Assembly (NCBI GenBank): GCA_951406725.2
Contig: OX597821.1
Coordinates: 59,210,001-59,274,000, forward strand
Origin: Octopus vulgaris
Lineage: Eukaryota
Reading direction: 5' to 3'
Length of the DNA stretch: 64,000 nt
In this document: piece after piece, positions 26,932 to 39,607 of the stretch
How the letters are laid out: every line of letters begins with the position of its first letter
Numbering within the stretch: position 1 is the first letter of the stretch
Translations under genes and position numbers: made by a program
Notes under the pieces: model-generated
Databases searched by the model: none
Seen by the model: the letters and a program-made list of their open reading frames with translations, nothing else
What the model was told of the DNA's origin: nothing

Positions 26932-27610
26932 TGTGATTGCAATGGTCATAAGCTTTTAACATTAATTTACATTCAAACACAGAAATTTATAAGTGCAGGT
27001 TATGTTCAGCCGAGAAAAGAATCATATTTACATATTTAAAAGCTCTCATCACCCAGACATCTACCTAAACTAAAGAAGTGAGATTTTTAGCCCTTACCCA
27101 GGCGAAAGAATTGATATTTTATTGTACCTCACCATCAAGGATGTATACTGAGGGTGTTGGTAGCAGAAAGAGCTTCTGGCCAGTGGAAAAGAGACCTTTC
27201 CGCAAGAATCGGAAGAGTAAGATGCTCCAAATGGTTAGATGAAAAGTAGAACAATACTCGACGACCCTTGATTAACGGAGATATATGTGTTGGCAATTCA
27301 TTACTGACTTCTCTAGAGTAGCTTAAACTTGGTCTATTTCTTGTTGAGACTGGCTACTCTGTTCGTAACCTCGTCCCAATTCCTGTTCACCTAGAATCCC
27401 AAACCGAATCAGATCTCAAGCAGTTTAACCAGTCCGTCGATCCAGCGCCCCAAAACCGTAGTCCGAAAGTATGGATTTGCCTCTCCCGTTGTAATAAATA
27501 TATATATATATATATATATAAAATCGCTGTAAAAATATTAATCAACGTGCAACCTGTGACGGCGTACGTAACCAAGGCGACCTCCTGTTAATATGTGTAA
27601 AAATATTACA
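26932..27610 (-). mobile_element. Probable solo LTR
   Basis: TGTGAT...ATTACA inverted termini, CpG-rich interior, minus-strand AATAAA near 27120, and it truncates a SINE A. TSD is not clean (gcac vs gtat). Confidence 0.5.
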
Positions 27611-27690
27611 GTATAATAAATTCAAAATATTATAAAACCAAATATATCTTACTTGATCAAAACTATCATATTCATAATATTACTAGGAAA

Positions 27691-28104
27691 GGCGGCGAGC
27701 TGGCAGAAACATTAACGCACCGGGTGAAATGCTTAGCGGTATTTCGACTGCCGTTACGTTCTGAGTTCAAATTCCGCCGAGGTCGACTTTGCCTTTCATC
27801 CTTTCGGGATCGATTAAATAAGTACCATTTACGCACTGGGGTCGATATAATCGACTTAATCCGTTTGTCTGTCCTTGTTTGTCCTCTCTGTGTTTAGCCC
27901 CTTGTGGGTAGTAAAGAAGTAGGTATTTCGTCTACCGCTACGTTCTGAGTTCAAATTCCGCCGAGGTCGGCTTTGCCTTTCATCTTTTCGGGGTCGATAA
28001 ATAAAGTACCAGTTTCGCACTGGGGTCGATGTAATCGACTTAATCCGTTTGTCTGTCCTTGTTTGTCCCCTCTATGTTTAGCCCCTTGTGGGCAGTAAAG
28101 AAAT
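27691..28104 (+). mobile_element. SINE B dimer with LINE-like tail
   Basis: Two near-identical units, each ending gccccttgtggg(t/c)agtaaagaa. Confidence 0.9.
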
Positions 28105-29737
28105 ATATATTCATAAGGCAACTTTTCTATCCTTGCCGCTAGCATAGACCTCAATTACAATCGGCATAATTAAGTTCACCTCCAAGAAATTATTCGACTG
28201 CTCAGATTTCCAGATTCAATAACCTGTCTTGGCACCTCACTGACCTCATAACTTTCTTATTAAGAGTTAAAACACTGAAGATTTTTCAGCCCATTCAGCT
28301 GTAACATGTAGGCAGCAGAAAATTTGAAGTGCAATAACTACATGAAAGAATAGTTCTTTAAGATGTAACTCAGTAAGTTTCAACATTCAAGTGGATTATT
28401 TGAGCTTAGAGAAATATTTGATTCATTCATCGATTTTTTAAATGGAATATATTATCGCTCGCATCAATTGATATATAATCAATATCATATATTTCATACA
28501 ATTGATTAACATTAAGTTCAATCTAATCATTTTCTATTTAATGATATTTCCACATAAATCCAAATAAGTTATTGAAATAAGATGAAGTTGTGAAGAGTTT
28601 TGAAATATTTGAAAGGATCGAATCAAAATTGATGAAAATTGTTGGCACTCTGTCGATTACGTCGACGAGGGTTCCAGTTGATCCGATTAACGAAACAGCT
28701 GCTCGTGAAATTAACATGCAAGTGGTTGAGTACAACACAGGGAGAATCAGCGTGACACAGAATGTGACAAGGCTCGCCCCTTTGAATTACAGGAAGAACT
28801 CATTTTTGTCAGCTGAGTGGACTGGAGCAACGTGAAATATAGTGTTTTGCTCAGGGACACAACACGCCGTCAGGAATCGAACTCATGATCGTGGGCCAAA
28901 TACACTTATCACTAAGCCACGCGGCTTCACTTGGTAAAAATTACCTCTATCTTAAATCGCATAGAATAAAGTACATTGTATGTACTTTATTCTGCGAGGT
29001 TTAAGATAGCTCGCCTGCTATGTTGTGCTGGAAAAGCATTTATAGCATTATAGATTTGCTTCTTGCAAGGTGATGCATCAATATGACTAATGGTCAATGA
29101 ACATGACTAATGATAAGTAACCCAGAAACTTTATTAAACCTCTAAAATATATGGTATGGAACTTTGTTTAAACTTCACTCCAGAAATATTGCAAGCAGGT
29201 AAACCTTAAATCATAAAATATATAATCATGCAATTAACTCCATATCCCGAAAATTACTGACCTTATGCCAAAATTTGAAACCATTATCATTATTATTATT
29301 TTAATACAATTTAGTGTGAATCTATTACCGATTCTATAAGGGTGGCACAGTTGGTAACGTGCTGAGCAGTAATTATTTCTGTTGATTAATAACCGAGTTC
29401 AAATCCTACTAGTCAACTTCGGTATTACGTTTTTATTTCACTGTTGGTATGCAGGAAATATTTACTATATTCAGTTTAATAGACTACAGCTGCTCCAAGA
29501 CATCATGTATGTATATGTACAAACTATATTATGCAATAGAAATTTATACAAAGTCAACGTACGCCAAAACCTACGTAACGGGGTCCTCGGAGATGACTTT
29601 TCGCTGAGTACTGATATCTAGGATATTAATGCACGTTTTCCCCACCATCACTAGAGAACGCTTTTTTCCCCATCTGCTTTTAATTGAAATGTTCATTTGG
29701 ATTTCCTAAATTTTTAGCCGCATTTGAGAAACACTGA

Positions 29738-29926
29738 TCGCTTTGAGACCGCGACCTGTTCACTGACAAAATTCCGTGCAGCACGGAATTTTGTCAGTGA
29801 ACAGGTCGCGGTATCAAAGCGACGAAAATATTTTGGCAAATTCAATTTAAATGTTGAAGTGACTCTAACGGATTTTTTTGTGCGTTTCTTAAATGGCTTA
29901 TGAACACCTTCCACGCTGCAATTGTT
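29738..29926 (+). mobile_element. Fold-back element with a 42-bp-arm hairpin and a hammerhead-like motif
   Basis: Arms 29738-29779 and 29781-29822 have one mismatch and a 1-nt loop. The 3' end is homologous to both ends of the palindrome at 31284-31421. Confidence 0.75.
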
Positions 29927-31283
29927 ATATACTCCATTCGTTGCCTTTCCTGAATCAGCGTTTTCTCCGGCAGTCTGGTACTAGAATCAAGGATAACGAC
30001 TTACCCGCTCCCCGATTCGAGATTACTGGCCTTCTACCTAAGTCAGAAACGAAGTGGGAATAACATATTTCGATCCTACAATGGCTGCCAACCAATTCTA
30101 ATTTGGCCGCAAATTTAATTTTATTTAAAAAATATACCGTGTTTTTTATGTAAAGACATTAACTCGGTCAATAAAGATTTTAAATTATTCACCCTTAACA
30201 TCAGTCCCTGTCTTAAAAAACAAAAAATTAACGGTAGTGAATTACTGTTAAGATTTTGTCCAAATGGATGCTATAAGAATCTACTCAAGTTTAAATAAGT
30301 TGGGTGCCTCTTATGTCTTGAAATTGTTTCCGGAGTTAGATTCAGAGTAAGCGAGGACTTAATTACCGAGAATGTCAGCTGTGAAAGTCATGAATTTGAG
30401 CGTTTCTATCAGGAAGATATGCTATGCGGCCTTTTGAGAAATTGAAGGAAGATGTGAAACAAAACATTTGAGAAAGACTGATCTAACCAAAACACTCCTT
30501 TTAACCATCGAATACTATGAGACGAAACCCTTGTGCAATTATTTTTTAGGATTCGAAATATTATGATGAAATATATTGTACAAATTCTGGACAGATCCAA
30601 ATAAATTTGCGACTTCATTGTAAGCAGGCGCCTGCATTAGCTCCATGACAGTCATTGTAGGATCGAGATGTGTTATTCCCGTTTGGTTCCTGACTTAGAT
30701 AGAAGGCCAGTAATCTCGAATCGGGGTGCGGGTAAGTAGATACCCTCGATTCTAGTACTAGACTGCCGGGAAAATACACTGATCCATGAAAGGCAGAGAA
30801 TGGAGTACAGTGTTTTGTTTAGATCAGTGTTTCTAAAATGTTTTGTTTCACATCCTTCTTCGATTTCTGAAAGGTCGCATAGCATACCTTTCTAATGGAA
30901 ACTCTCAAATTCATGATCCGCTCGCTAAAAGCAGTTAGTTTCTGGTCTTATTTAGCAATAATATAGCTTTCTTTTCCCGTGATAAAAGAAAAAAGTCAAC
31001 ACCGGTCTGCTGGTTTCCCGCGCTAAAAAAAAAACATATACCACATCCTTATTACTGCCACGCTCTTTGGATTTTGAGATTATCTCCCCATCTCAAGTGG
31101 AACAGGCCTTAATTTGCTATTTGCTAATCATGCCACATTCTCTAGAGACGGAGAAAAATCTAATAAATCATAGTTTTATGTTACATGGTATTGGATATAC
31201 CTGTACTTGTCTGTGTATGTATATATATGTGTGTATGCATATGTATATATGTATGTGTATCCCAAAACGATATATATATATAT

Positions 31284-31421
31284 AACAATTGGAGCGTGGA
31301 AGGTGTTTATAAGCCATTTAAAAAACACACAATAACCGTTAGATTCACTTCCACATTGAAATTTAGCGGTTTTTATGTGTTTCTTAAATGGCTTATAAAC
31401 ACCTTCCACGCTGCAATTGTT
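31284..31421. repeat. Palindromic, internally deleted copy of the 29738-29926 family
   Basis: aacaattggagcgtggaaggtgtttataagccattt is mirrored at about 31385-31421. Arms are about 58 bp. Confidence 0.85.
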
Positions 31422-31587
31422 TTCGTTCCAGCACACGATCTCATATCAGGTCACTTGCTATGCGAGTACCTCTCCGTAATACATACATACATACATACAT
31501 ACATACATACATACATACATACATACATACATACATACATACATACATACATACATACATACATACATACGTATGTATATATATATA

Positions 31588-32270
31588 TCAGGTCACCCCA
31601 TAAGTTCTGTCCGAATTTTGAATAACGAAAACAAGTGATCAAATGTTATATTTAATTGAAATTTAATCACCAATGTACTTTCCTAGATTATCTATGACTT
31701 CCATCAATTTATAAGCTTTTTAATCCCATCAATGTAAAACTCTTTTGGTTTCAAAGCGAAGAACTCTGAAATGTCAGTTTCGACCTCCCCCTGGCTTGCG
31801 AAAGTTATGTCCACCAAATGATTCTGTAAACTACGAAACAAATGACAGTCTGAAGGAGCAAGGTTGGGAGAATAAGGTGGATGAGGAATTTTTCCCAACC
31901 AAGCTCTTCGATCTTATGTGATGTGATCTTTGCAGTGTGGGGCCGCGTACTGTCCTAATGAAACATCACTCCTTTTCGATTCACTAAAGCGGGTCATTTT
32001 TTCTCCAAAGCTTGGTTTAAACGCTCTAATTGCTGACAGTAGACTTGAGCATTGATTGTTGCATTAGGTGGTAACAATTCAAAGTGGATTACTCCTTTGC
32101 AATCAGACCAGATAGAGAGAAGAAGCTTTTTCCCATGAAGTTCCCTACACGGCTGTGGTTGAGCTTTTTCCCTTTCACCAAGCCATTGTTTGCGTTTAAT
32201 ATTTCGACAGAAGATCCATTTTTCGTCACCAGTCATAAGCCCTTCCGAAAAGTACCCCTGTTGTACTCTT
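31588..32270 (-). pseudogene. 3' half of a second mariner (different subfamily) with one TIR
   Basis: TA-tcaggtcaccccataagttctgtccga TIR. Motifs MTGDEKWIF, LSIWSDCKG and PHPPYSPNLAPSDCHLF, with stops and frameshifts. Confidence 0.9.
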
Positions 32271-32414
32271 TCTCCCCAACTTCCTCTCACTCTTTCTTCA
32301 TGTTTCTTGGGTAACGCTGCGATGGACTGGCGTCCCGCCGGCTGGGGGAAACATACGCCACGGAAACTGGGAAACCGGGCCCATGAGCCTGGCTAGGCTT
32401 GAAACGGGCGAATA

Positions 32415-32480
<66 letters not shown>

Positions 32481-32482
<2 letters not shown>

Positions 32483-32825
32483 CTAATGTAGGATAAAATT
32501 TTTTTCGGGAAAAAAATTTTACCAATGGCCAGCATATCAAAAAATACCTTTAAAGGTTAAATTTATAAATAATTTACAATATAAGGGCAAAAGAAAAAAA
32601 TCTAATGCCAAATATGCCGAAAAAAAGACAAAAATTGTCAATAACCATTATAATTTATGCGTCTCGAAACAAACCGATAGAAATTTCTATAAAATCCGTT
32701 ATTACCGTATTGGTCCCAATTTCGGGGTTAATTCATAAGAATTTTCCCCTCTTCAGCAATAAATACGTGAGATATAAGTGAAATACTTACTCATACCCAT
32801 GGAAAAAGCAAGTACTAAGTCATAT
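32481..32825 (-). mobile_element. (TA)n-flanked Penelope-like pseudo-LTR element
   Basis: Contains the hammerhead at 32702-32762. The terminal motif ttttatcct...gtta-(TA)n resembles the end of 54705-54972. Confidence 0.65.
32702..32762 (-). ncRNA. Type I hammerhead ribozyme, complete core and three stems
   Basis: UUAUUG-CUGAAGA-GGGG(18 nt)CCCC-GAAA-UUGG(GA)CCAA-UA-CGGUAA. 6-bp stem I, 4-bp stem II, 5-bp stem III, AUA cleavage triplet. Confidence 0.85.
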
Positions 32826-32854
32826 TTATATATATATATATCATACATATATAA

Positions 32855-32922
<68 letters not shown>

Positions 32923-33576
32923 GTATTTTGTAATTATCTGTTTAATTAATTGATTTCAACCTACATCCAACACATGAATCCCATTTTGGAACCACACCCT
33001 AGCATCACCTTCCTGATTTCTTCCCTTGAATGGAAATGAAATCATGCATACTAATAAGAAACTATATCGCTCTATATTGAAAAAAATAATACACACTAAA
33101 GATTTCCACACGAAAATTTAACTATAGGGAATATATAAAAGAAAAAACCCTATTTCTTGTACTTAGTAATGGAAAACGAAATATAAAGAAATTGAGTAGT
33201 CGGTAATAAATTAGACTTCGCTCTCTTCCATATTTTTTTCTATAACGATGTTATGCAAGAGAAATTTTCACTGAAGTCGTTTTGATAGCTGAGGGTCTTT
33301 AACCTTAAATTATTCAAGAATTTACGGTTCAACGAATTCTAGTAGTCACTTTGTACCTAGGCGGTCTCTGATACCCATAATGCAATAGCCATCATGGCTG
33401 TATTTTAAAATCTACTTCCGCCCGCTCTCGTTCACTCGTAACTTATTACTTAGCATTAGTTATAATAACATATATATATATATAAATATATTATATACAG
33501 GGTATATACATACACGTACGGGTGCGTAGCTGTATAATATATATATCTATCTTTCTATCAAATTTATCAACTCGCA

Positions 33577-33792
33577 ATGTCTGATAAAAAAATTTCGAAA
33601 TACCGAAATGCTTTTGAGAGTAGCACTGAATGGGGGCTACGAAGAAAGTTCCTTAAAGTACATCAAGATAAGTTTGACGAAGACCGCCTGGTTTGCCTGT
33701 CCATGTGTTACGTCAATGTAGAGGTGTATGGATGCACCTATCCTGCGCCAGTGATGAAATGCATTCAACGACTTAAAGCTGAGTTAAAGTGA
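33577..33792 (+). CDS. XRN2-binding domain (XTBD)-only small protein, CDKN2AIPNL/PAXT-1/NKRF-family domain
   Basis: Intact 71-aa ORF matching the XTBD pattern YR...E....W..R..F...H......RL..LS....N....GC.Y...V. ATG context gcaATG, TATA-like tataaata near 33481, AATAAA at 34067-34072. Confidence 0.85.
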   Translation: MSDKKISKYRNAFESSTEWGLRRKFLKVHQDKFDEDRLVCLSMCYVNVEVYGCTYPAPVMKCIQRLKAELK

Positions 33793-34456
33793 ACTTTTAC
33801 ATCTTTACCATTCTTCCGCCTGACCTGTATTTTCTTGAGATATCTGCTACATACACATGCGTAAAATGTAAATAACTTTACTATTTTTTTAATTACATAT
33901 CAATCATCATCTGTACCATTAGACATTCTTCATCAGTCTAAATAAGGACACACGATGTAGTTTATGCACCCTTAAACAGATGTAATGGTCACGGCCGGAA
34001 TGCCTTTGATCGTAGCTGGACCCGATCTGACTTGACCTTCGACTAAACAATAACAATCGCTGTCTAAATAAATTACATTAATCTCCTGAATTATTATCTT
34101 GAGACATTTTTGAGAAATTTCTTTCTGAATTTTATTTTGTCTTGTTCCTTTGAACGGTGCTTTTTTTTTTTTTCAAGCATGTGAAGAATTCTACACTGAA
34201 AATAATCATTTCCATTGTTTTCGCGCATTTTCAAATGATTTCAATTTGACTTGATTAATATTTTCTCAATATTCTACACATTTCAAGTATAATATATTCT
34301 CCAAAACATCTTTTATCAAAAATGCTGTCTAGTTAAAAATTTTAATTCATTAACTGAAAAATGAATTTTTATAAACAAATTTACCAAAGAAATTATTCGT
34401 GTTTGATTTTGCTCTTTTAAATTTTTGTTTCGTTTTTGAAAAGAATATTTGTTAAG

Positions 34457-34513
<57 letters not shown>

Positions 34514-35599
34514 TTGCCACAATGGTAGTTTATTGAAACTAGATTTTGCTATTTTTTCAATATGTTCCAGTTTCTGTTACTTTGGTATTTTTCGAAAGAT
34601 ATATGAAAGATGCTTTCATACCATATGCAAGAGGAATGCAGTGGTGCAATATTTTAAATTATTCAATTATTTTTGTCCTTATAACCTTTTGATAATTTGA
34701 AAAAATATTTCAGGCGCTACTTATAAAAACGAAAAAAAAAAAAAAAAAAGAAAGCAATTAATTTATTAGATTTATGAGATTTATCCTCAAAGATTGACGG
34801 CTTAAATTTGAGGAATTTCTTTAAAAAATTCTTCCTCATTTAAAGCAGTCTCTTACACATGTTTAAAAAATTTAGTTGGGAATAGGCCAATGTGATTGCA
34901 TTCTATTTAGTGAGTTTCTGTAATTTTGACTTCTTGTGTATATTGCGATACAGCGTTATTGAATTAAAGAAAATTTAACTTCGCTGCTTTGTTAATTGTA
35001 TTTCCGTATATCACAGTTGTCACCCGTCTAATTAATTAATACCCACTACATTGCTTGATTTTTTTTTTTCTTTTGGTAACATTCTCTGAGAACGAAGATT
35101 TATTAAATGAATCTTGTGATATCATTGAAACACCTCAAAGACCGTAATCATAATCTATAGATAGCTGGAATTCTTAAAATGTGGTCGTTTTGAAATGAAT
35201 TGGACAGTAATGGCGAGTAAATAAAAATATTCACCATGGTTGTTTCATTTAATTTGGGATCATTCTTGGACATTCCAGCACCATATTGTGGCATTTTGAG
35301 GTTTGCGGGTGTATTAGTTTTTACTGTAACTTTAGTAAACCTTCTACAGCTTAGTAATAGTATTATAAATAACATAACTTCACATTGCTAGCAAATGTTA
35401 AGTATCATAGTTTTAAATAACATTTTATTGACCCCTCATAGAGTCAAGACATTTCGAAAACTAAAATATTTCAGTCTTTAACAACAATTCATACTATTAT
35501 ATTACTATCACAAAGTTCAGATACTAAGCTGTACAATGGAATACCCAATTATGCATCTGGAACTAAATTCCTACCATATATCATTCTAGATAATTCAAA

Positions 35600-36010
35600 G
35601 AAAGTCGTCTGCTTCCTGATAGAGGCAAGCCAACTTCACCAACAAAAGCAGAAAACCACCGGTCTACTGTCTACTTGTGTTCTTTCTTTCTTTTTCTTTC
35701 TCTCTCTCTCTCAATTTTTCCATAGCTGCTGCAGTAGTTATTACCGCTTTGAAATTGCTGTCTTGAACAGTGTGTTCGTTGCATCACACCTTCACACACG
35801 CACACGTTCTCTCTCTCTCTCTCTTTCACTCTCTTTCAAACAAACCAAAGTTTATTTCTATGAATACCTGTAGTGGATTTCCATTTCATTCAGATCAAGG
35901 AACTAAGTGATCGCCTTGAACTGTTCTATTTGCCTTAGCTCATCTTAATTTTTTTTTAACTATGCTAATTACTACTGGCCAGAAATCTTCGTGTCTGTTT
36001 TTCTGTAAGT
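35600..36010 (+). promoter_or_regulatory. Putative promoter or non-coding first exon ending at a GTAAGT donor (36005)
   Basis: Non-repetitive sequence retaining CpG, with CT-rich tracts and a consensus donor. It lies just before the switch to CpG-depleted DNA. Confidence 0.3.
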
Positions 36011-36209
36011 AAAACCCTCCGTCACATGGTCAAGCAGTCTCCAGTTTGATATTCTTTGTTGAGGAGATAACAACAAGGTTAAAAGATCAGATTTCCCCAC
36101 AAGAATATAGATCAGTTTGGTGAAATTAATTTTTAATTTATTGAAATTATCTCCCCTTGTCTGTCATTGTCTCTTAAAATTTCTTTTATTCTCTTTTCCC
36201 ACTTAAGAA

Positions 36210-36832
36210 AGAAATTGCTTACCAACCACATGGTTCTGAGTTCAGTCCCACTGCGTGGCACCTTGGGCAAGTGTCTTCTACCATAGCCTTGGGCTGAGCA
36301 AAGCCTTGTGAGTGGATTTGGTAGACAGAAACAGGAAAAAGCCTGTCATATATATGTGTGTGTGTCTGTCTGCTTGTCCCCCACCATCGCTTGACAACTG
36401 ATGTTGGTGTGTTTACGTTCCTGTAACTTAGCAGTTTGGCAAAATAGATCGAGTAGAATAAGTCCTGAGATCTATTTTACTCGTTTCAGTCATTTGACTG
36501 TGACCATGCTGGAGCACTACCTTTAGTCAAACAAATCGACCCCAGGACTGATTCTTTGTAAGCCTAGTACCTATTCTATCAGTCTTGCCGAACCACTAAG
36601 TTTTGGGGGACATAAACACACCAACATCAGTTGTCAAGTGATGGGATAAACATAGACACATAAATATATATATACGATGATCTTTCAGTTTCTGTCTACC
36701 AAATCCACTCACAAAGCTTTGGTTGGGCCAAGGCTATAGTAGAAGACACTTGCCCAAAGTACCACGCAGTGGGACTGAACCCAGGACCATGTGGTTGGGA
36801 AGCAAGCTTCTTACCACACTGCCACTCCTGCA
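36210..36832. repeat. Tail-to-tail inverted pair of SINE A
   Basis: Plus copy at about 36210-36470 directly followed by a minus copy at about 36475-36832. Confidence 0.85.
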
Positions 36833-37524
36833 CACAGTTCATAATTGACAAAGACATTAGAATATTACCATATGTGGTGTCATGTAAAATGCACTCTTCC
36901 AAAAACAATTTCTCCAAAAAAAATCACCCTGGGACCTATATCCTAAATTGGACCCATATTACATGCTTCTGAGAACAACACTTAACATAAAATTGTAGTC
37001 CCATACAACAAATGAAGTTCTTTATGGTAATCTTTCAAGAGTTACCTCCATGAATGTAAGAAGAGTTTCTGTGGACACTGCTTTTGTAGTAAGGATGAAG
37101 TAGAGATTGAAATGCTAATGTGGGAACCAAAACGGAAAATGACCCACGGGTCAGTCTGCCAGGATCTTTATTGACCAACTGGTTGAAGTCCAAGAGCAAT
37201 TTTAGAGATAAGTGGTTGATGGTGTTTGTCTGTGGACAACATGGTAGGTGTGTATGTATATAGGTAGGTAGGTAGATAGGTAATGCACTAAAAACTATAT
37301 TTTTTTTTCCTGAATATGTACTGCTGCAATTGTGGTGCATTTAATATGCCCATGCTTCTTTTATGCCATCAAATAAATTAATATGAAAGATAACAGATTC
37401 TATTCCAGGTATTAAACGGCTTCATCATCATCATCATCATCGTCGTTTAACGTCCGTTCTCCATGCTAGCATGGGTTGGACGGTTCGACCGGGGTTCTGG
37501 GAAGCCAGAAGGCTGCACCATATG

Positions 37525-37860
37525 TCTAATATTTGTGGACATGCTTACAAAATCAAAATACAACACAACATCCATAAATTTCGGAAACACATTTTCACAC
37601 TCAGAATTGCTGAAGCATGGAATAAACTACTCACATTAGTTGTTAGCTGTCAGGACACTACATCCTTCTAAACTTCCATGCTTTCTGAAATTCACCAACA
37701 GTACACCCTGCATTTTTTAAATGATTCATTCACTGTTCACTTCCCGTGCATTATTCTGTGTGCTGTTCATGCACTTTTGGCTACTTTTTCTGATGGATTG
37801 TAATGCAACTGAGCACTATATACAATAAGTTCATTACTATTATATAATGATTCTGATAAT
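37525..37860 (+). mobile_element. CR1-type LINE 3' remnant
   Basis: Translates as GHAYKI...FRKHIFTLRIAEAWNKL, the typical CR1 ORF2 C-terminus, followed by a 3'UTR. Confidence 0.75.
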
Positions 37861-38986
37861 TGAGAAGTGGCTGTGGTAAGTAGCTTGCTTACCAACCACA
37901 TGGTTCCGGGTTCACTCCCGCTGCATGGTACCTTGGACAAGTGTCTCTTACTATAGCCTTGGGCTGACCAAAGCCATGTGAGTGGATTTGGTTGACGGAA
38001 ACTGAAAGAAGCCCATTGTATATATACATGTATGTGTATGTATGTATTTGTCCCCCCCCCACTTGACAAACGATGATGGTGTGTTTACATCCCCGTAACT
38101 TAGTGGTTCGGCAAAAGCAACCGATAGAATAAATACTAGGCTCACGAAGAATAAGTCCTGGGGTCGATTTGCTCGACTAAAGGCAGTGCTCCAGCATGGC
38201 CACAGTCAAATGACTGAAACACGTAAAAGAGTAAACAATTTGACTAATGACTGGTATGGATTGGGCACTCAACATTTAGTTTACAATACTTAAACACATC
38301 TTTAATTTGCCTTGACACTTTTATCTTTCAGATTCATATGGAATATGGAACATGCATTTAATTTGTTCTTCTCCATATTGTAAGAATCTTCATCATCCAA
38401 ATTATAATTCCAATTATACATTATCCTTCTTTCGTGTGAATAAAATACATTCAGTGCAAAAATGTAATTGATGCCACACTATCTAAATTACTATTCACCT
38501 CCTCCTCCTTTCAGTCATTTAACCATGCTGTAGTACCACATTCAAGTGTTTAGTCAAATCAGCCCTAGTATTTATTTTTGTTTTTAAGCTTTGTATTTAT
38601 TCTGTCAGTCTCTTTGGCTGAACCACTAAGTTACAAGGACATAAACAAACCAACGCCAGTTGTCAAGAAGTGGTGGTGTGAGGACAAACATGCACACTCA
38701 TACAATGGGCTTCCACGCAGTTTCTGTCTCTAAATTCAGTCACAAGGCATTGGTCAGCTGTTGTTGATAGTCAAAGACACCTGTCCTAAGTGCTGTGCAG
38801 TGAGACTGAACCCAAAATCAGGTGGTTACAAAGTGAGCTTCTTAACCACACAGCCTAGCAAAAGTTGCATATTTTGTAATATTTTCTTATACAATCAAAA
38901 CTAAAATGAGTTATATAAATCAATTTTTGTAGAAATTTAAATCCTTGACAGCAGACAATGAATGAAATTGAAACCTCACTGTAAAC

Positions 38987-39607
38987 CAGGGACAAGCAAC
39001 TTTTCATCAACTGAGGGCCACGTGATACCATTTCCAAGTGGGAGAGGGCCACATGATAAAACACATATGCATGAAATATTACCTGCCCACTTTCATCATC
39101 ATCATCATCATCGTTTAACGTCCGTTTTCCGCGCCAGCATGGGCTGGATGGTTCGACCAGGGTCTGGGAAGCCAGGGGCTGCACCAGGCTCCAGTCTGAT
39201 CTGGCAGAGTTTCTACAGCTGGATGCCCTTCCTAACGCCAACCACTCCGCGAGTGTAGTGGGTGCTTATACTGAATTTTTTGCAGTTCTTAATTTTATGT
39301 TTTAGTATAAAAGTTTACATTAAGCTGGCATTATTTCCTAATGATAATGATGATGATGACTAGTGTAAATAAATTATAGTTTAGAATATTGAGGTAGAAA
39401 ATGTAAATTCATTGATATTTTAATAAAGAACAAATTTCATTATCTGTATCAATGAAATTTTTGCACTTTCACATTCTTTACCATATCTTCAATATTAGGT
39501 AGAATTTGAGATGTCACTACTTTTAGGTTATGCTGCAAATTAGTAACCTAGAAATTCGTTGAGGGCTGCACAATAACATTTCGAGGGTTGCAGGTTACCC
39601 ATGCATG
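38987..39607. mobile_element. Old hAT/Charlie-like MITE with a nested family C fragment
   Basis: Degenerate CAG...CATG termini, gagggcc subterminal motifs, TSD ctgtaaac/ctgtaaaa. Confidence 0.5.

Noticed and set aside
34219-34236. E2F-like TTTCGCGC next to a CHR-like TTCAAA
   Set aside because: Short motifs in a non-canonical arrangement with no evidence of a nearby TSS.
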